Source: Lingula anatina
Lineage: Eukaryota; Animalia; Brachiopoda
DNA: 64,000 nt
Reading direction: 5' to 3'
Assembly (NCBI GenBank): GCA_051362555.1
Contig: CM120644.1
Coordinates: forward strand, 2,612,954-2,676,953
The notes below the pieces were generated by a model, which was not told the origin of the DNA, ran no database searches, and was given only the letters and a program-made list of their open reading frames with translations. The position numbers and the translations under genes are program-made. Numbering within the stretch: position 1 is the stretch's first letter; each line of letters starts with the position of its first letter. This document shows, piece after piece, positions 58,551-64,000 of the stretch.

Positions 58551-61500
58551 ATAAATAAATAGCAATACAAAACATTTTAATTGTATTTTATCAGTCAAGG
58601 AGATTATTTTTGTTCTTTTACTAACATTTGTTCCATTTTCTTTAACTATTTAGTTTTTTACTGCTATACACCAATACCTCTAAATATCACATTTAAAATT
58701 AGTTTAAATTGTAATCATTTTACCATTGTAACTCAAACAGGTGACACAAATTTAAATTCCATTCATACTTTATTTACTCTTACATAATATGTACAGGCTG
58801 TAAATTTTTATGTGCAATATTTACATGTTTTAATAAGTTTTATTGGCAGCACTGGCATTTCAGACAACACCGTTACTTACTGCACTGTATGTATCGACAC
58901 CTTAAATCGTACTCTGCCAGTCTGTTTTATCGAAGTCTGACCCAGAATATAGAAATGCACAAAGATATACACAGCCGTTTTTGCTTGACAAACGAAAATG
59001 CAGTATTTGCCAAACATAGGTTAACGTCCATTCTTTACGAAACATGTTGTCAAACTTTCCACAGACTGGGCCAATATGGACAAAGAAGCTGCCGACTCAG
59101 AATTTCAACGGAAACCACGCAAGAAACAATGACCATTATGCTAATGTTAGTTTACACACATGACAGTGCGTTTATATACGGGTCAGTAACATACTGATAT
59201 TTAAGTCAGCTATGCGACATTGACGAATTGTATATTTGCCTTCAGAGATGCTGCAATACAATAAAATGGTTTAAATAAAATACTGGAGTGTTTTCTCCTT
59301 AAATTTTCTATCAAGTCCATTAAACCCCCCCCCCACCCCCACCCCCCTAGACTCCAATTGGCAGAAAATACATTTTCCAAAAATGACAGCAAAATCATCC
59401 AAAGTGTTTATCTCCACGCGAAACCGAGTCTCTTGTTGGTCCGTCCATCTCCGTATATATTCTTCTTCACCTCCTTGGTCGTCCCTCGTTGGTAGATGGG
59501 CAGCTGGACACCGATGTGATACATCGCATCGTGTAGTGAGTTGGTCGATAAGACAGAAAAGATTTGGAAGTGGAGCTTGTCAAACAAAGATAAAATTTTA
59601 CAATTTGTCATCTTGCCCGGTATTTCCAATCCGATTGTTCCAGAAAGAGCAACTTGGTACAAGTCAATCACAGGGAGCTACATGTATACGGTATACCGCT
59701 GACTGCCTATCAAAAACATTCGGCGCACAGAATTTTCGTTCCTTTGCTTTATGGTAATTTGCTCAGTGCGAATAAAAATTCCAACAGGAACTATTTAAAA
59801 GTGTTAGTGAAGGTCCATACGATCACTGCATATCCATGCACTTGAAATGTGACTTGCATTGTGAAAAAAGGTGAAATATGTCAATATGCATATTAGATAG
59901 AAGACTTTAATTTCCACGAACTAGACCACTAAGTACTACTTTAACCCAACTCTACGTGTTAGTTACACAGGTACAGCACATGAAAACAACAATATGATAA
60001 CAACTTTTAGCAACATTTAACTACAATTTAATTTCATGGCAAGCAGGATAACGATACTGCGCTCTCCATTATTTGGCTTAATAGCAACACTAAATTTCCG
60101 TCATTGTGAACTTGGTGAACTTGTTGATAGACTTTCAGACACTGTTTTAGCTTATATAAATTAAAGTAACTAATGACTTACTCAAACAGAATATTATCAA
60201 TTAATTGTGGTTTAAAGTTGATAAAATAATCTTTAAAATATTTAAAGGTTGCTGACAACAGTGTGCAATGATAATTTGTTGGAAAGCAAAAAGAGCTTGG
60301 GATTAGTGAAAAACAATAACTTCATTTAAACATACCATAACTGTTGCCGTGATGGACATTTTTCGTTTCTTTTATTTTCTAAACTGTTGTAAGGTTCGAT
60401 TTTATATTCACAAGTCGAGAAGGAGTAAGCAACAAGAGTCCTGGATTACCAAACGGCTTTATTCTCACTGCCTTAGTTCTTAAGTGCAAAGTCAGAAGTG
60501 CCTTATCTACCCACCATCAATCCAATATATATTTAGCTCTACCTTGCATGTCTTATAGAATTATTATCTATAAACTGAACATAATATCTAGTCTCACGGG
60601 ACAGGTGTCACAAGAGACGCGCGACATCTTAGGGGGCGTAGGACATGCTAAGGGGTACCACCGCGTCCCTTACACTGTTTTGCCATCTATCTTTGCCTAC
60701 ATGTCATAATATCTGGTTTTGTGAATTTATTATTTTTACAAAAGTATTTTGTAAATATAGTTGCAACGATTTTTGTTGTTTTGTGTCCATGTATTTGCCA
60801 GGTAAGCTGTTTATTTTCAAAAAGTGTCAGAAATTCATTATTTTTGATTGAAATTCATGTGCATTAAATATATTTGTATATAAATCTTTAAAAATCTTTA
60901 TTCCGTTTATTTTTGACTGAATGGCCTTGTGGTCAGTGCCGGAGCAGAAGGTCTTGGTTCGACAAACCAGTCCTTCATAATCGCTACCTGTTGTCTCCCC
61001 CGCTTTACACTCCACACTTTATGTAACATTTTTTTAAATGATTGTAAGAAAACAATCATTGTCCGTAAAAAAATGAAATGCTTTTCTTGCTTTTTTATGT
61101 ACAGACACAGATGTGTCTGTACATATTGTTTGTTTGTTATTTCAGAATGGTAAAGTAAACAATGATTGTTAGTGAACAATTTAATGAAATGTTTTATTTA
61201 TTTACTACGTTCTGTAATGGATGTTAGCCTGTTAGGAATGTTGTGTAATTTTTGTAAGTAAAACTAAGTTATCAATTAGTTGTATTGAACTGAACAGTAC
61301 TAATGTGCTCCATTTTACAAACATAGACATAATGTTGATGCAAAACGATAGGACTTAATTCTTTTTCTTGCTATTGCTTGCTATTGACTGGTTTTACATG
61401 CAGATGTTCATTGTTTCCGTCACCCATGTTGAGGTTCACAGATGTATTGAGTTACCTTGTATATCAGGTTTTATCAGCATTTCTTTCAATTTCTTTCATT

Positions 61501-62053
61501 GTTTTACCGAGTGTAAAATTTAATGAGATTGTAAGATGTGGAGTTCTGTAAAATTTGTTTTTATCAAAAGGTTTTTGAAGAAATAAAAAAGAAAAAATAT
61601 TACCTCAGCGTTGTTGTTCTAGAATTCAGAGATGTTTTATAATATGAGTACAAGGCATGTGATCTACTCATCGCATTTAAATTTGAAATTGCTAACCATT
61701 ACTCATAATCGCTATTTTTTTCTCAAAGGTAGACTAGCTAAAGTTAAATACGGATATTCGAGGCAAGGGTTGTCAGATCGTGTAGCTAGGGAACAATATG
61801 TTTTAATAAAATATGAAAGTGATCAAGATAAAAGATTTATACTAGCATTCTGCTACAATTTATGAACAATAACAAGCACCTGTTCCAAGAGACGCACACT
61901 CCCTCTTCCGGCACCTTCGCACACCGTTAACTTCAAACCACGCTACATGAAAATTGGAATCGGACTGGAAATATCAACACTTTCTTTGAAGACAAAATAT
62001 ATCACCCAAATCTGTTAATGGTTGTGTTTGTAACACCTGATTTTGATTCCTAA

Positions 62054-62262
62054 GAGTGCATTCCCAGAGATTTAGAACGATCCATCCGGATCGACCTAAC
62101 TCCCTGGGGGTTCACGCTAAATTGCTATCAGCCGAGCGCGCACGACAGTTAAACTTACAGCTTTTAGTAGGCGTGACAGACGCTTAAGCCGGCTAAGCTG
62201 ACAGTAATCTAGTGAGACTCCCCACAGGGATTGATCGATCTAAAATCTGTGGGAACGGGGTC
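62054..62262. mobile_element. PIF/Harbinger-type MITE, same family as 17120-17334
   Basis: TAA/TAA TSD, imperfect TIR and shared core. Confidence 0.75.
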
Positions 62263-62887
62263 TAAGTATCCAGATTTTGTTCGCATTCTAAATGGAAATG
62301 AAGACTGATGGACGTTACTGATGTTGTCAAAAGTAAGAAGTAGTTATTATTCTCTGCGGTTTTAAATAGGTGGTAAAGAAGGGAGTTGCTTATTTTAACA
62401 TATAGATTTACGGTTATTACGCAGTCTTTTAAATTTGATCAATTCTAGGCAAATATGTTACCTTATTGATTGTGAAAAAGAATGAGTTGTATCAATTGCG
62501 TGATTGAAATGATAGAAATGTGCACTTTTAAAATCAATCAGATACCTTTTGTATAATTGACTTAAAGGTTTTATAGAAGTGTCAATATCGCAGACATAAC
62601 TACTTTGTAAGGCTCGATTCCATGCGACGAAAATCAAACACCCTTATTCATTTAACGATTTATCAATTAGACAAGCGATTAATTTAATTCGAATTAGTGC
62701 TCTTTTAAATGTTCAAGCATCATTTTCTGCGGCATTTCTCTGCTGTCACCGCACTCTTAGCCATTCACCACTCAGAGCAACAACCCACCATATATTTTTT
62801 TAATTTTTCTGTTGTCACGGGCTGCTTTTAAAACGTTAATGCTTAAATAAAGTATGGAGTTACAAAAACAGGTTCTTGTCCGAGTTA

Positions 62888-63221
62888 AGCCTAGGTCCCA
62901 ACTGCGTTTGGACGCACGTTTTTTAGGTTCCTTGCGTCCGGCTAGGACGTAGCTAGATCGCACGTGGCGGCTGTTGATCATGTCGAAAAGATTTTACGTG
63001 CTGTTTGCGTCCTCCAAAAGTCGCACGATGGACGTGCTCCTCACGCACGAACTCCCACGTTTTCCCCATTTTTTGGCCGTAGACCACACGAAGCAGCCCG
63101 TACGTTCGGTTGGGGCCTATACCAGGCTTTACTTGGTTTCTTCGCTGCGACCTAGCTTCGTCCTAGCCGGACGCAAGGAACCTAAAAACCGTGCGTCCAA
63201 AACGTAGTTGGGACCTAGGCT
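62888..63221. mobile_element. Young PIF/Harbinger MITE (334 bp)
   Basis: ~75-bp TIRs AGCCTAGGTCCCAACT... / ...AGTTGGGACCTAGGCT with a TTA TSD. The empty site GAGTTACTGT is present at ~42791 in the duplicate. Confidence 0.92.
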
Positions 63222-63906
63222 TTACAGCAGTATTTATTTGGGTAATTTTTGGCAGTTGCAAAAAGCACTTCGCAAATGGGATGCTTTATTGTTTATTTGT
63301 TTATTTATTCGTTCATGTAATTTTACCTAAATGTGATATGCAATAAGCACATTACTTTTAAGTCATATTATTTTTATATTAAATTATAATTACTTGTATT
63401 CATCCATGTGCTCAGCTGTTAGTATCTGACGTTGGATTTGTATTAAAATGTCCTTTCTGTCTTTTCTACATTGAAAGCAATAAATAGTTTGTTAAATGTA
63501 ACATCCAATTTTAGTTGAAAATTAAAATTATTTTATTAATCTACCAAAAATATCAGTTTATAAATTGTTTGTTGTTATTGGAAGCATCGCCGCACTCTGT
63601 AGCCTGACGTGATGTAGGAACCTCCCAATATCGTTTTATGTTACGCTAAGTCGCTAAACTTTGAACCAGTATTGAATATGAATACCCGAGTATTTCAAGC
63701 CTCGATACTAATGGTGGTGCATGTACAGAAGCGTCCTAAAAATCAAAAGCAGGCTGCAGTTACTATTCTTATTATACTTTAGATGTTTGTTTGTCTTTGG
63801 TTATGTTTAAATTCATATAATTTAATCCTTTACTTTGTTGCGACAACTCTTGTCCGCGGCGACTAAGACATACCTAAAACAGTCCAACAGGATCGATCAA
63901 TCTCCA

Positions 63907-63959
<53 letters not shown>

Positions 63960-64000
63960 AAACTGCTTTCCGTTTAAGCGGCTTAGATGTCTGGTACTCC

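Overview
AT-rich, intron-containing animal genomic DNA; the repeat types suggest a lophotrochozoan, probably a mollusc (inference). There are two host genes: a PGAP3/Per1 gene with 7 coding exons (+, 1997-5890) and a single-coding-exon LicD/FKRP-family type II membrane nucleotidyltransferase (+, 57387-58550). Immediately behind the PGAP3 stop codon lies a ~35-kb pile (~6.2-41.8 kb) of nested, duplicated and deleted Maverick/Polinton (adintovirus-like) sequences from at least two lineages. It contains protein-primed PolB remnants, one nearly intact ZnF-vOTU-PolB with a nuclease insertion, integrase N-termini, an intact BIR/IAP-like ORF, several ...TACTACT right termini, and families of spliced micro-ORFs rich in SUMO-interaction-like motifs. 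Host transposons (HINE/Helentron, CACTA, pogo, solo LTR, MITE) are embedded in the pile. Almost all coding remnants are antisense to PGAP3, and I recognised no capsid, ATPase or protease genes. This suggests, as a hypothesis, a uni-strand piRNA-cluster-like antiviral archive in the PGAP3 3' region. The rest of the window holds ordinary Kolobok, Harbinger-type MITE and LINE remnants plus a ~1.5-kb local duplication (42-43.5 kb vs 61-64 kb). All calls were made by eye; no searches were run.
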